Assembly (NCBI GenBank): GCA_963725055.1
Contig: CAVRXE010000008.1
Coordinates: 53,568 to 117,567, forward strand
Direction: 5' to 3'
DNA: 64,000 nucleotides
From: Candidatus Deferrimicrobiaceae bacterium
Lineage (GTDB): Bacteria > Desulfobacterota > Deferrimicrobia > Deferrimicrobiales > Deferrimicrobiaceae
Positions 19,167 through 29,551 of the stretch are shown here, one piece after another (position 1 is the stretch's first letter; each line of letters begins with the position of its first letter). Below the pieces are notes generated by a model that did no database searches, was not told the origin of the DNA, and saw only the letters and a program-made list of their open reading frames with translations. The translations under genes were made by a program, and so were the position numbers.

Positions 19167-21767
19167 TCAGGAGACGGCGGAGTTCCGGGTTCCCAGGTAG
19201 TCGTCCAGCGCCGTCCGGGCGCGCGAGAGTTCTTCCTTCACCTCCTCGAGGTAGGCTTCCCCGTTCCGTTCCAGCTCCGCCGCGGCGATACCGGAAAACC
19301 GCTCGCATGCCAGCATCAGCGCGAGCGCACCGATCTGCCCCGAGTTCCCCTTCAACGCGTGCGCCAGCTCGCGAGCCTTTTCCAGGTCACGATCCGCGAC
19401 GGCCCGCTCGAGCCCCCGGACCTTCTCCTTCGATCCCTTGAGAAAGGTCCACGCCAGGCGGACGATGAAGTCGTTGTTTCCGCCGAGGTCCGACAGCTCG
19501 CGAAGATACCGGGGGTCGAGACATGGAGGCTCCTCCGGCTCCCCGGGCATCGCTGCCGCCGTCCCCTCCGCTCCCGGGGCGCCCTGCCCGGGGGTCGTCC
19601 GAACTGCGCCTCCGCCGGGGACCAACGTTTCGAAGAGGTTGAACAGCATCTGCGTGTCGATGGGCTTGGTGAGGCACGCGTCCATCCCCGCCTCCTCGCA
19701 TTCCGCCCGCGCCTCCGGCGTCGCGTCCGCCGTGAGCGCCACGATAGGCATCCGCGGAGCGCCCGGCGACAGGAACCGGGACAGCTTCGCCGCCTCGATG
19801 CCTCCCATCACGGGCATGTGGAGGTCGAGGAGCGCAATGTCGAACGTCTGTTCCTTCAGGGCATCGAGGAACTCCTCCCCGTTCGCCACGATCCTGAAGT
19901 CGTGCCCTGCACGCTCGAGGATCTTCCCGATCACCATCTGGTTCGTCCGGTTGTCTTCGGCGACCAGGACGCGCAGCTTCCGTCCGCCTGCGCCCTTCCG
20001 CCGGTACTTCTCCGCGAGGCTGTCCACCGAGGGATCGTCCGCCGCGATTCCGACCCGCGAAAAATGCAGGGCGTTGAAGAGCCTCCTTTTGTCCACCGGC
20101 GCCGGAAGGGATGCCCTGTAGCCGTCCGCCGCGACGGGATCCCGACCTTCCTCCCCCCGGGTCACGAGGATGAGCCGGCTCTCGTGGATCGTGAAATCCG
20201 ACTGGACGGCGCGGGCGAACCCGGCCGTGTCGATGTCCAGTCCCTCCCTGACGACGAGGATGAAGTCGAAGGGGGTTCCGGCGTTCGAAGAGCCGACGAT
20301 CCGGGCGAACGCCTGGGCGGACCGGTACACCGTTGTGACGTGGACCCCCCAGCCCGAGAGGAGCTCCCGGAGGGACTCGGTCACTTCGCGTTCCGACGAG
20401 AGAACGAGAGCGCGACGGCCCACAAGCGCCGCCGCGGGCGCAGCCTCGTCCGCCTGCCTGCTCTGCTTCGCCAGTTCGACCGTGAACCAGAATGTGCTCC
20501 CCTTGCCGGGCTCGCTTTTTACTCCGATCGTCCCGCCCATCATTTCGACGATCTCCTTCGAGATCGTCGTCCCCAGCCCCGTTCCGCCGAATCGCCGCGT
20601 GATCGACTCGTCCGCCTGGGTGAACCGGTCGAAGATGCGCCGCTGCGCATCGGCGGAGATGCCGATGCCGGTGTCCACCACCTCGAAGCGCACGGTCGCT
20701 TCCCTCGGAGTCTCCGATTCGAGGGTGACGCGGACACCCACCTCGCCTTTTTCGGTGAACTTCAAGGCGTTCCCGAGGAGGTTCAACAGCACCTGCCGTA
20801 GCAGAAGCGGATCCCCGCGCAGGAGAAACGGCACGTTGGAGGGAACGCGCAGGAAGGTGGCAAGCCCCTTGAACCGCGCCTGGGGCTCGACGATGGCGAC
20901 CGTATGCTTCACCACCGCGTACAGGTCGAAGTCCTTCACCTCGACGGAAACTTTCCCGGCCTCGATCTTGGACAGGTCGAGGACATCCTGCATCAGGAAC
21001 AGGAGGGTATGCGCCGAGTCGTCGATCGTCCTCGTCAGCTCCTCCTGCTCCGCCGAAAGCGGCGTCCCCTTCAGCAGGTCCAGCATCCCGATGATCCCGT
21101 TGAGCGGGGTCCGCATCTCGTGGCTCATGTTCGCGAGGAACCGGGTCTTCGCCCGGTTGGCCTCCTCGGCGCGCTTCCCGGCGACCGTGAGCTTCTTCAG
21201 GAGGGAGGACACGTACAGCGGCAACAGGACGAGGCCGATCTGCAGGCCGATCGCCAGGAGGGGGTGCTTGCTCCAGTACACGTTGATATAGACCGCGAAC
21301 CCGAAAGAGATCGTGCCGATGGCCGACGCGGCGAACAGGTATTCCCTGCCGTACCGGAAGCCGTTCCCGAAGATCACCCAGAGCAGGACGACGTACAGGG
21401 GGCCCGCGACGTCGCCCGCCACGCTGATCCCGTAGGACGTCAGGACCAGATCCCCCGCCATCCCCAGGTACCGCCGGAAACGGGACACCGCGATGGGAGC
21501 GAACGTGATCCGCACGAAGAGTCCGACGGAGAAGAGGTGGTACAGTGCGCAGATCCAGAGGAGGAGGACCTCCCCGGGTTCCATGCGCCCGTTTTTCGGC
21601 AACGTCCAGGACAGGTAGAAGAAAAGGATCGCGGTGATGATCGCGCGGATCAGCGCCTGCTCGTGCTCCGAGTCCGGCCGCCGGGAGAGAATTTCCCAGG
21701 CCTGCCGAAACTGTCCATTTGCGAGTAACCGCCAGAACCTCACGATCCTCTCCCCGCGCGCACGCAA
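19167..21767 (-). CDS. RpfC-like hybrid sensor kinase (multi-TM input, HisKA, HATPase, REC-like, REC, HPt)
   Basis: 5-6 N-terminal TM helices. H-box MSHEMRTPLNGIIG. ATPase motifs DTGIGIS and GTGLGTT. A C-terminal receiver VLVAEDNRTNQ...DLHMPVMGG. An HPt motif HALKGNSGQIGA. Convergent with the rpfF-like gene. Confidence 0.75.
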   Translation of the reverse strand: MRARGERIVRFWRLLANGQFRQAWEILSRRPDSEHEQALIRAIITAILFFYLSWTLPKNGRMEPGEVLLLWICALYHLFSVGLFVRITFAPIAVSRFRRYLGMAGDLVLTSYGISVAGDVAGPLYVVLLWVIFGNGFRYGREYLFAASAIGTISFGFAVYINVYWSKHPLLAIGLQIGLVLLPLYVSSLLKKLTVAGKRAEEANRAKTRFLANMSHEMRTPLNGIIGMLDLLKGTPLSAEQEELTRTIDDSAHTLLFLMQDVLDLSKIEAGKVSVEVKDFDLYAVVKHTVAIVEPQARFKGLATFLRVPSNVPFLLRGDPLLLRQVLLNLLGNALKFTEKGEVGVRVTLESETPREATVRFEVVDTGIGISADAQRRIFDRFTQADESITRRFGGTGLGTTISKEIVEMMGGTIGVKSEPGKGSTFWFTVELAKQSRQADEAAPAAALVGRRALVLSSEREVTESLRELLSGWGVHVTTVYRSAQAFARIVGSSNAGTPFDFILVVREGLDIDTAGFARAVQSDFTIHESRLILVTRGEEGRDPVAADGYRASLPAPVDKRRLFNALHFSRVGIAADDPSVDSLAEKYRRKGAGGRKLRVLVAEDNRTNQMVIGKILERAGHDFRIVANGEEFLDALKEQTFDIALLDLHMPVMGGIEAAKLSRFLSPGAPRMPIVALTADATPEARAECEEAGMDACLTKPIDTQMLFNLFETLVPGGGAVRTTPGQGAPGAEGTAAAMPGEPEEPPCLDPRYLRELSDLGGNNDFIVRLAWTFLKGSKEKVRGLERAVADRDLEKARELAHALKGNSGQIGALALMLACERFSGIAAAELERNGEAYLEEVKEELSRARTALDDYLGTRNSAVS

Positions 21768-21897
21768 CCCGTTTTTCGCCGTCGAGGATCCTTTTCGGCA
21801 ACGGAATCGGAAAACTTCATCGGAAAATGAGCGAGGAGCCCGGATCGACAGGGGAATCGATGGGCCGGAAGCGTCGTTCCCGGCCAGGAGGGCGGCG

Positions 21898-24270
21898 CTA
21901 CCCGACCCGGAGGCCTTCCGCCGTCTTTCGGACTTTCAGGGGGGTGCCGGATGCGGCCCTGCGCGCGAGTTCCCCCTCGGCGCTCATCGCCCCGATCGGG
22001 CCCCGGATCCAACGGTCCACGGCCCGGGCGAGTTCCCGGACCCCGTATTCCGCCTGGTACCCTTCGGCGGCCAGCCAGTCCGCCGCCTCCGGCTCCACTT
22101 CGAGCGTCACCCCGTGGTCGGCGAGGAGGCTCTCCGACAACTCGGCGATCCGGAGCGCCAACACCTTCCGGACGTCGTCGGGAGCGAGCGCCCGGAAGAC
22201 GATCTGCTCGTCCACGCGGTTGAGGAACTCCGGACGGAACCGGCGCCGGGCCTCCGCAAGCGCCGCGACTTCCGCCACCGCCGCCTCCCCCGCGCGGAAC
22301 CCCATCTCCTTCCGGACGGGGATGTTTCCCGTCAGGATGAAGATCGTGTGGCGGGCGTCCGCGGTGTGTCCCTGCGCGTCGGTGATCTTCGCCTCGTCGA
22401 ACAGCTGCAGGAACAGATCGAACACCCGGGGAGACGCCTTTTCGACCTCGTCGAGCAGGACCACCGAATACGGGGTGGTCCGTAACCGGGCGACGAGCCG
22501 TCCCCCCTCTTCGTAGCCGACGAACCCCGGCGCGGCGCCGATGAGGCGGGAGACGCTGGCCTCCTCCTGGTACTCCGACATGTCCAGGTGGATGAACGCG
22601 CGTTCGTTGGCGAAGAGGTACGAGGCGATCCGTCGCGCCGCCTCGGTCTTCCCCACCCCGGAGGGTCCGAGGAACAGGAAAACGCCCATCGGCCGGCGGC
22701 GGTCCCCGAACCCGGCATGGGAAAGGACGAGGCGCCGGCAAACCCGGGAGATCGCCTCCTCCTGCCCGATGATGTACCGGTTGAGATGCTCCTCCAGCCC
22801 CCGCACCCGGGATTCGGCGATCCCCCCCAGCCCGCCCCTGGCCACCTCGATCGGGATCCCCATCTTCTCGGACACGACGCGGGCCACGTACTCGGGCGTG
22901 ACCACGGCGACGCCCACGGCGTCGTACCGGTCGGAATTCGCCGCCATGGAGAGGATCGGCACCCGGCACTCGGCGCAGGCACGGTCGAGAAGATCGATCG
23001 CCTTGTCCGGAAGGAAGTGCGTCGGGTCGAACCGCACGGCGAGCTCGACGGTGGCGGAAAGCGCCTCGTCCGTGATCGTCACGCCGAAGTGGTTCTCCCG
23101 GTACGCCCGTACCCCCTGCAGGATCTCCAGCGTCTCGTCCCTCCCGGGCTCGGCGACCTGAACCGGCTGGAACCGGCGCTCCAGCGCCGGGTCCTTTTCT
23201 ACGCTGTGCCGGTACTCCGTGATCGTCGTGGCGCCGATGCACCGCAGCTCCCCGCGGGCCAGCGCCGGTTTCATGATGTTCCCCGCGTCCATCGGGGCCC
23301 CCTCGGCGCGCCCCGCCCCGGCCACGGTGTGGAACTCGTCGATGAACAGGATCACCTCCGGGTGGGACCGCACCTCTTCGATCACGCGGGTCAGTCGCTC
23401 CTCGAACTCGCCCCGGTACTTCGTCCCCGCCACCATGTCCGCCATCGACAGCTCGACCAGCCTCCGTCCCGCGAGGAACCGGCGATCCCGCCCGAGGGCG
23501 ATCCGCTCCGCGAGCGCCTCGACGACGGCGGTCTTCCCGACCCCCGCCTCCCCCACGAGGACGGGGTTGTTCTTGGTCGGCATCATGAGGACCTTGATGA
23601 GCTGGCGAAGGGTGTTGCGGGTCCGCTCGGAGTCGACGAACGGCAGGAGGCGCCCCTCCCGCGCGGCCCGGGTGATGTCGCGGCCGTAGCGGTCCAGGAG
23701 CGGCGTCTCCGAGGAAAGCGGCTCCGGGGCGACGGCCGGATCCCCGGCCTCCTCCCGGACGGAAATCGGTTCCTGCACCTGCTCCCTTCCCGCGAGCAAC
23801 TTCTCGCGGAGGACGCCCGGGGAAATCCCCGCCCCCGCAAGCACCGCGGAAACGACGGGACCCGGGTCCTCGAGAACGGCGGAGAAAAGGTGGCGCACGG
23901 AGACCTCCCCTCCGTCCTCCACGATCTCCCCCGCCCTGCGGAAGTACCGCTTGCACTCCAGGCTGCGGTGGACCGCCCGCTCCGTGTGGACCGTGTTCCC
24001 CGGCCGCAGGCGCGACCGCACCCCGCGGCGCATCGACGCGTCGGTGATCCCGAGCGATGCGAGAACCCGTTCGATCCCGTCCGCCTCCTCCCGCAGGACA
24101 TCGACCGGGAGCGACTCGACGTGGGTGTAGCCCAGGTATTGCAGGATCTTCCCGAGGCTGCACAGGCCGATCAGGAGATGCTCCCTCTCGATGAACGGAT
24201 GCCGGAGCCGGGCCGCCTCGGCCGCGCCGATCTCCCACGCCATCCTGGCGGCTTTGGTCAACGTCGCCAT
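21898..24270 (-). CDS. ClpA-like two-domain AAA+ Clp ATPase
   Basis: Clp_N domain. D1 Walker A GEAGVGKT and Walker B ILFIDEFH. D2 Walker A GPSGVGKTE and Walker B VVLLDEVEKA. There is no long M-domain. No clpP or clpS is adjacent. Confidence 0.8.
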   Translation of the reverse strand: MATLTKAARMAWEIGAAEAARLRHPFIEREHLLIGLCSLGKILQYLGYTHVESLPVDVLREEADGIERVLASLGITDASMRRGVRSRLRPGNTVHTERAVHRSLECKRYFRRAGEIVEDGGEVSVRHLFSAVLEDPGPVVSAVLAGAGISPGVLREKLLAGREQVQEPISVREEAGDPAVAPEPLSSETPLLDRYGRDITRAAREGRLLPFVDSERTRNTLRQLIKVLMMPTKNNPVLVGEAGVGKTAVVEALAERIALGRDRRFLAGRRLVELSMADMVAGTKYRGEFEERLTRVIEEVRSHPEVILFIDEFHTVAGAGRAEGAPMDAGNIMKPALARGELRCIGATTITEYRHSVEKDPALERRFQPVQVAEPGRDETLEILQGVRAYRENHFGVTITDEALSATVELAVRFDPTHFLPDKAIDLLDRACAECRVPILSMAANSDRYDAVGVAVVTPEYVARVVSEKMGIPIEVARGGLGGIAESRVRGLEEHLNRYIIGQEEAISRVCRRLVLSHAGFGDRRRPMGVFLFLGPSGVGKTEAARRIASYLFANERAFIHLDMSEYQEEASVSRLIGAAPGFVGYEEGGRLVARLRTTPYSVVLLDEVEKASPRVFDLFLQLFDEAKITDAQGHTADARHTIFILTGNIPVRKEMGFRAGEAAVAEVAALAEARRRFRPEFLNRVDEQIVFRALAPDDVRKVLALRIAELSESLLADHGVTLEVEPEAADWLAAEGYQAEYGVRELARAVDRWIRGPIGAMSAEGELARRAASGTPLKVRKTAEGLRVG

Positions 24271-24298
24271 GGTCGATCTCCCTCCGATCCTCTCCCGT

Positions 24299-25210
24299 TC
24301 AGACCCGGAACTCGGTGAGTGTCCGGAATGCCGCGAGGCGGGAGTCGATCTCCTCCCGTGACAGCCCCTGCAACCGCTCCGTGCTGAACGCCTCCACCGT
24401 GAAGGAGGCGATCGCGCTGCCGTAGATCGTGGCCAGCCGGTAATCCATCTCCGTGAGCACGGCCCCGTCCCGCGAAGCGAGGTACCCCATGAAGCCGCCC
24501 GCGAAGCTGTCCCCCGCCCCGGTGGGGTCGAAGATCGTTTCCAGCGGGTACGCCGGGGCCGCGAAGATCTCCCCGTCGGACAGTTGGAGGACGCCGTATT
24601 CCCCCCGCTTGATCACGACGCGCCCCGGTCCCATGCGCATCAGCATCCGGGCCGCCTTGACGAGGTTGAACTCGCCCGTCAGCTCCCGGATCTCCGCCTC
24701 GTTGATGAGGACGATATCGACGCTCCGGATCACCTCCCGAAGCAGCTGCGGGCTCTTTTCGATCCAGAAGTTCATCGTGTCGAGCGCGACGATCTTCGGT
24801 TCGCGGACCTGCGCCAGGATGTCCAGCTGCAGTTTCGGGTCGATGTTCCCGAGGAAGACGTAGCGGGATTCCCGGTACGACGCCGGCAGGACGGGGGCGA
24901 AATTCTCGAACACGTTCAGGTCCGTTTTCACCGTGTGGGCGATGTTCAGGTCGTACTCGTAATACCCTTTCCATTGGAAGGTGACCCCTTCGGCGACCTT
25001 CAACCCCTGGAGGTCGATCCCCCGGGCGGAGAGCATGTCGAGCGTCCCCTTCGGGAAGTCCTTCCCCACGACCGAGACGAGGCGCACGGGCGTCAGGTAG
25101 CTCGCCGCGAGGGAGAAGTAGGTCGCCGAGCCGCCGATGACCCGCTCCACCTCGCCGAACGGCGACTTGATGCTGTCGAACGCCATCGATCCGACGACCA
25201 GAAGGCTCAT
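24299..25210 (-). CDS. PfkB-family carbohydrate kinase (ribokinase-like)
   Basis: GGSATYFSLAASYL near the N-terminus and DPTGAGDSFAGGF near the C-terminus. Confidence 0.75.
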   Translation of the reverse strand: MSLLVVGSMAFDSIKSPFGEVERVIGGSATYFSLAASYLTPVRLVSVVGKDFPKGTLDMLSARGIDLQGLKVAEGVTFQWKGYYEYDLNIAHTVKTDLNVFENFAPVLPASYRESRYVFLGNIDPKLQLDILAQVREPKIVALDTMNFWIEKSPQLLREVIRSVDIVLINEAEIRELTGEFNLVKAARMLMRMGPGRVVIKRGEYGVLQLSDGEIFAAPAYPLETIFDPTGAGDSFAGGFMGYLASRDGAVLTEMDYRLATIYGSAIASFTVEAFSTERLQGLSREEIDSRLAAFRTLTEFRV

Positions 25211-25271
25211 GCTCCGCTCCCCGGGGTCCCATGAAGAGAAAACAATACTCCCCATGATAACGCAGGAGAGG

Positions 25272-26117
25272 TCACCGGAACAGGACGTCGGCGAGGAGAG
25301 CGAGGAACAACAGCGTCAGGTAGACGATCGAGGCGGCGAAGGCGCGGCCGAAGCGGCGGGTCGCCACGGTGTCCCGGTAGAAGACGGCGAGAAAGCCCGC
25401 CCCGAGAAGGAAGGCCGCCCACCCGAAGCGCCAGGAAAGGAACCCCAGCGCCCACAGCGCCAGGGACAGGGGGAGGAGCGCCGCCGCGTACAGGAAGATC
25501 AGCACCTTGGTGTACGGCTCGCCGAACGCCACGGGGAGGACCGGGACGCCCGCCGCGCGGTATTCCGCCTGGTGGCGCAGCGCCAGGGCCCAGAAGTGAG
25601 GCGGCTGCCACAGGACGAGGATCAGGAACAGGAGAACGCCGTCCGCCCCGAGGCGCGGGTTCACGGCCGCGTACCCGATGAGGACCGGCAGGGCACCGGG
25701 GACGGCGCCGGGGATCGTCCCGTACGGCGAGCGGCGCTTCCACACCAGCGTGTACAGGACGGTGTATCCGGCCGCGGCCACGGCAAGGAGAAGGCACGTC
25801 GTGGCGTTGAGGAAGAAGGCCGAAAGGAGCAGCGAGGCGGCGATCGCGGCCCCCGCCGCCGCCGCGACGTTCCCGCGTCCGAGGGCCCGCAGGGCGGCGA
25901 TCCGGCGGGCAAGGCGCGGCATCTTCTCGTCGGTCCCGGCGTCGAGGACCGTGTTCAGCGCGGCGGACCCGCCCGCCGCCGCAAGGATGCAGGCCAGGGT
26001 GAGCAGCGCCTTTCCGGGCTTCGGTACGCCACGCCCGGCGAGGACCATCCCGGAGAATCCGGCCAGTGTCACCGCCGCGACGATGCCCGGCTTGACCAGC
26101 AGGATCGCGGACGGCAT
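25272..26117 (-). CDS. ctaB: Protoheme IX farnesyltransferase (heme O synthase)
   Basis: UbiA-family polyprenyltransferase with LVKPGIV...; the multi-TM profile matches CyoE/CtaB. Start at the internal ATG. The ORF extension upstream is artefactual. Confidence 0.8.
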   Translation of the reverse strand: MPSAILLVKPGIVAAVTLAGFSGMVLAGRGVPKPGKALLTLACILAAAGGSAALNTVLDAGTDEKMPRLARRIAALRALGRGNVAAAAGAAIAASLLLSAFFLNATTCLLLAVAAAGYTVLYTLVWKRRSPYGTIPGAVPGALPVLIGYAAVNPRLGADGVLLFLILVLWQPPHFWALALRHQAEYRAAGVPVLPVAFGEPYTKVLIFLYAAALLPLSLALWALGFLSWRFGWAAFLLGAGFLAVFYRDTVATRRFGRAFAASIVYLTLLFLALLADVLFR

Positions 26118-26128
26118 CGAAGGCGGGG

Positions 26129-27004
26129 TCAGCTCCTTGGCAGGGATAGCGCCGCCCCTTCCGCGCGGGCCGCGTTCACCCAAAGATGCCCGAGGATCGA
26201 CAGCAACCCGAGCGCCACCGCCAGGTGCAGCGCCGTCGCGAGGTAGTAGAGCCCTGACAGCACAACAAGGGCTCCCACGCCGATCTGGGCCGCGACGAGG
26301 ACGAGGAACGACAGGGCGAGGGGACGATTCCCCCGCTGCCGCGGGTCCCGGCGCACGAAGAGGTAGACCATCGCCGAGGTCAGCAGCACGAGGTACCCGA
26401 GCATCCGGTGGGAGAAGTGGGCCAGCACGGTCCCGTCGAAGAGCGGCGGGACCCACGATCCGAGGCAGGTGGGAAAGTCCGGGCAGGCCAGCCCCGCGTC
26501 GAGGTGGCGGACAAACGCCCCGAGGGAGGATTGCGAATAGACCAGCGCGGCGACGGAGAGGAAGAGGGCCGCCGGTCCCCGGAAGACGAAGACGGGTCGC
26601 TCGCGCTCGCCATCGAACGTCATCATGAAGAAGGCGAGGAGGAAGACGAGGAGCCCGGTCATGAAGTGGACCGTGGTCAGACGCACCGGCGTTTCGAGGA
26701 GGACCACGGCGCCGCCCATCCCGATCTCCACGAGGAGGAGAAGGATCGCGAGGACCGGAACCGCCCGCGCCGCACCGTCGTACCTCTTGTAGCGTAGCGC
26801 GGCAAGGGCGACCAGGAAGACCGACGCCACGGCCGCGATGACGCGATGGCCGAACTCCATGTAGATGTCCCAGCGGAGGGGGGGCAGGACCTTCCCGTGG
26901 CAGAGCGGCCAGTCGGGACACGCCAGCCCCGCCTTGAGCCCCGCCACGAGGTTCCCCCACACGAGCAGCAGAAAGAGCAGCCCAACGGTCACCCGGCCCA
27001 GCAT
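26129..27004 (-). CDS. ctaA: Heme A synthase (COX15/CtaA)
   Basis: Multi-TM protein with two conserved Cys pairs (CPDWPLC, CPDFPTC) and His-containing helices typical of CtaA. Confidence 0.75.
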   Translation of the reverse strand: MLGRVTVGLLFLLLVWGNLVAGLKAGLACPDWPLCHGKVLPPLRWDIYMEFGHRVIAAVASVFLVALAALRYKRYDGAARAVPVLAILLLLVEIGMGGAVVLLETPVRLTTVHFMTGLLVFLLAFFMMTFDGERERPVFVFRGPAALFLSVAALVYSQSSLGAFVRHLDAGLACPDFPTCLGSWVPPLFDGTVLAHFSHRMLGYLVLLTSAMVYLFVRRDPRQRGNRPLALSFLVLVAAQIGVGALVVLSGLYYLATALHLAVALGLLSILGHLWVNAARAEGAALSLPRS

Positions 27005-27054
27005 CGGCGTCCCCCTCCCGCGGCAGATGGAAGAATTATCCTCGCCCCGGGGGA

Positions 27055-27333
27055 TCAGCGCAACATCGTGTCGACGAGCGTCCCGAAAATGATGAGGGAA
27101 AGGAAAGCGATCGGCACCAGGGCGAACCCCCACACCAGGCGGTCTTCACTCTTGAGGTGCATGAAGAAGAGGGCCACGAGGGACGCTTTCACCGAGGCGA
27201 TCAGCAACGCGACGACCGCGTTCCAGAGCCCGAGGTCGACGTAGGAGACGAGGACGGTGACGACCGTGAGCAGCAGCAGGGCGACGAACACCGTGATGCC
27301 GGTACGGCGGGAATTTCCGGTTCCGTGGGCCAT
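27055..27333 (-). CDS. caa3-type cytochrome c oxidase subunit IV
   Basis: 92-aa, 3-TM protein with LFFMHLK. The position between subunit III and ctaA is conserved. Confidence 0.55.
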   Translation of the reverse strand: MAHGTGNSRRTGITVFVALLLLTVVTVLVSYVDLGLWNAVVALLIASVKASLVALFFMHLKSEDRLVWGFALVPIAFLSLIIFGTLVDTMLR

Positions 27334-27341
27334 GCTTCCCC

Positions 27342-27928
<587 letters not shown>

Positions 27929-27932
<4 letters not shown>

Positions 27933-29533
27933 GCGGCCGGTCCTTTCGATTTCCCGTAACCGTACGGCCAGTCGGTCACCACGGGGATCTCGTGGAAATT
28001 TTCGGTGTCGGGCGGCGAGGGGGTCTGCCACTCCAGGGACAGCGCTCGCCAAGGGTTCCCCGGCGCGGTCGGCCCTTTCCGCAAACCTTGGAGGAAGTTC
28101 AGGAACATCACCGCGATCCCCACGGCGAGGATCACGGAACCGATCGTGGAGATCACGTTTTCCGTGTGGAACCTGGGAAGGTACTCCGCATAGCGGCGTG
28201 GCATCCCTCGCGTCCCGACGACGAACATCGTGAAAAACGTCACGTTGAACCCGACGAAGACCAGGGCCCAAGCGGCGCGGGCGATCTTCTCGTTCAGCAT
28301 CCTCCCCGTCATCTTCGGGAACCAGTAGTGGAGCCCCGCGAAGAACCCCATCACCGTGCCGCCCATCATCGTGTAATGGAAGTGGGCCACGACGAAGTAG
28401 GTGTCGTGGAGCTGCACGTTGGTCGCCATGGCTCCGAGAAACGGACCGGTGAGCCCGCCGACGGCGAACAGGAAGATGAAGGTCAGGGCGTACAGCATCG
28501 GCGATTCGAAGGTAATGGACCCCTTGTAGAGCGTGGCGATCCAGTTGAACACCTTCACCGCCGTTGGAACGGCGACGAAGAAGGTGAGGAACGAGAAGAT
28601 CGCGTTCGCCAGGGGGGACATCCCGGAGGTGAACATGTGATGTCCCCACACGAGGAATCCAATGAAGGCGATCGCCAGCGACGAGTAGGCGATCGCCTTG
28701 TACCCGAAGATCGGCTTGCGGGAGAAGACCGGGATCACCTCGGAGATGATCCCCATCGCCGGCAGGATCATCACGTACACCACCGGATGGGAGTAGAACC
28801 AGAAGAAGTGCTGGAACAGGACCGGGTCACCCCCCTTGGACGGATCGAAGAACCCCACCCCGAAAACACGCTCGGCGGCCAGCAGCAGGAACGTCACCCC
28901 GATCACCGGAGTGGCGATCACCTGGATGATGCTCGTTGCATACATCGCCCAGATGAAGAGCGGGAACCTGTACCACGTCATCCCCGGGGCGCGCAACTTG
29001 TGGATGGTGACGATGAAATTCAGCCCCGTGAGGATCGACGACATGCCGATGAGGAAGAGACCGAAGGAGAGGGTAGTCACCGCGGCGGAGGATTTCGCCG
29101 AGTACGGCGTGTAGAAGGTCCACCCCGTGTCCATCGGCGCCACCAGCGATCCGATGATCACGAGGAACCCGGCGACGAAGACCCAGTAGCTGGCGAGGTT
29201 CAGCCGCGGGAAGGCGACGTCGCGGGCCCCGATGTGGAGAGGGATGAAGAAGTTCCCCAGCCCCGAGGGAATCGCCGGGATGATGAAGAGAAAGATCATC
29301 ATCGACCCGTGGAGGGTGAAGAAGACGTTGTAGGTGTGGTTGCTGAAATATCTCGCCTGGGGGGAGAGCAGCTCCAGCCGCAGCAGCAGGGCGAACACGC
29401 CGCCGACCAGGAAGAAGAAGATCGTCGACCAGAGATACATCGCCCCGATCCGCTTGTGGTCGAGGGTGAACGCCCAGGAACGCCACCCGCGCTCCGTCAG
29501 GTACCCCCTGTCGCTCCCGGACTCCACCGCCAC
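27929..29533 (-). CDS. ctaD: Cytochrome c oxidase subunit I (heme-copper oxidase catalytic subunit)
   Basis: Canonical subunit I motifs: HKRIGAMYL, the WFYSHP and GHHMF His ligands, and HFHYTMMGG. Confidence 0.9.
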
Positions 29534-29551
29534 CTGCCCCCCCTTACCGCC

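Noticed and set aside
25272-26960. A 562-aa ORF suggested a long protein
   Set aside because: Only the C-terminal 281 aa are CtaB-like. The N-terminal part is Arg/Gly-rich and overlaps ctaA in another frame.
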